From positions 2,790,001 to 2,854,000 of the forward strand of contig OZ281496.1 in NCBI GenBank assembly GCA_965637545.1: a stretch of DNA of 64,000 nucleotides, written 5' to 3'. Below, in pieces: positions 63,545-64,000 of the stretch. Below the pieces are notes generated by a model. It saw only the letters and a program-made list of their open reading frames with translations. It searched no databases and was not told the origin of the DNA. How positions within the stretch are numbered: position 1 is the stretch's first letter; each line of letters starts with the position of its first letter. The position numbers were made by a program, and so were the translations under genes. Source of the DNA: Phallusia mammillata. Lineage: Eukaryota.

Positions 63545-63815
63545 TCAGCCGCACATTTAGCTAATTTTTGATAGGTGGCGCAAAGGGCACAAATCCTATT
63601 GAAAACGGTATATCTCAAAATATGCCTACGGTTAAGTCTATTAGGGTTGGGGTTATGTATTATCATCAAAAATTCAATGAAACTAACCCACAAAATCAGT
63701 TCCTAAAGAATTTTTTTCAAAAACTCACTTGCCAACCCTACCCCTCGTTAGCCGATAAATAAATAATTCAACTCCTGCGCCACCTATCGAAAATTAGTTA
63801 AATGTGCGGCTTACG
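63545..63815. mobile_element. MITE with about 40-bp terminal inverted repeats
   Basis: agccgcacatttagctaatttttgataggtggcgca / tgcgccacctatcgaaaattagttaaatgtgcggct. Confidence 0.75.
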
Positions 63816-63822
63816 GGTAGAG

Positions 63823-64000
63823 CAGGGGTGGGCAAACTTTTCAGTGCAAGGGCCGCATTCAAAAGTTCTCAATTATAGAGGGTCGCATTGTATATTAAGC
63901 CAAAATATCAACGTATGTTTCCAGCTAAATACAAGTACGTTTGTTGTCACTTTATTGATCTCATAAACAATGGTTATAACGCAACAATTGTAAATGTTTT
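63823..64000 (+). mobile_element. Left end of a hAT-type MITE
   Basis: Starts caggggtgggcaaac, like the other hAT-type ends in the window; the right end is not seen. Confidence 0.45.

Overview
AT-rich metazoan DNA with short GT-AG introns; the compact genes and repeat types suggest an ascidian (inference). The ORF track misses almost all real genes because they are spliced; every gene model below was rebuilt by hand from splice sites and intron phases. The main content is a cluster (about 1.5-52.7 kb) of 13 genes and gene fragments, plus one intron remnant, of a small secreted six-cysteine peptide superfamily that I do not recognise. All share a three-exon plan: signal-peptide exon, phase 0, Cys1-3 exon, phase 1, Cys4-6 exon. 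Subfamily 1 (C-x1-C-x3-C-x11-C-x2-C-x5-C, near-neutral, acidic tail) has 2 intact copies, 1 copy with an in-frame deletion and 7 broken copies. Subfamily 2 (C-x3-C-x3-C-x11-C-x2-C-x5-C, net +15 to +16, Arg/Trp/Tyr-rich) has 3 intact copies and looks like an antimicrobial peptide. A tandem array of three adhesion GPCR genes (about 690 aa, GAIN/GPS plus 7TM) with variable ectodomains and near-identical 7TM regions sits inside this cluster. To the right are two claudin/PMP22-family genes. Other features are many hAT-type MITEs with 8-bp target-site duplications, a palindromic element built from two inverted tRNA-like heads, and a roughly 275-bp palindrome carrying a minimal hammerhead-ribozyme motif on each strand. 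No database searches were possible, so all novelty claims are untested.
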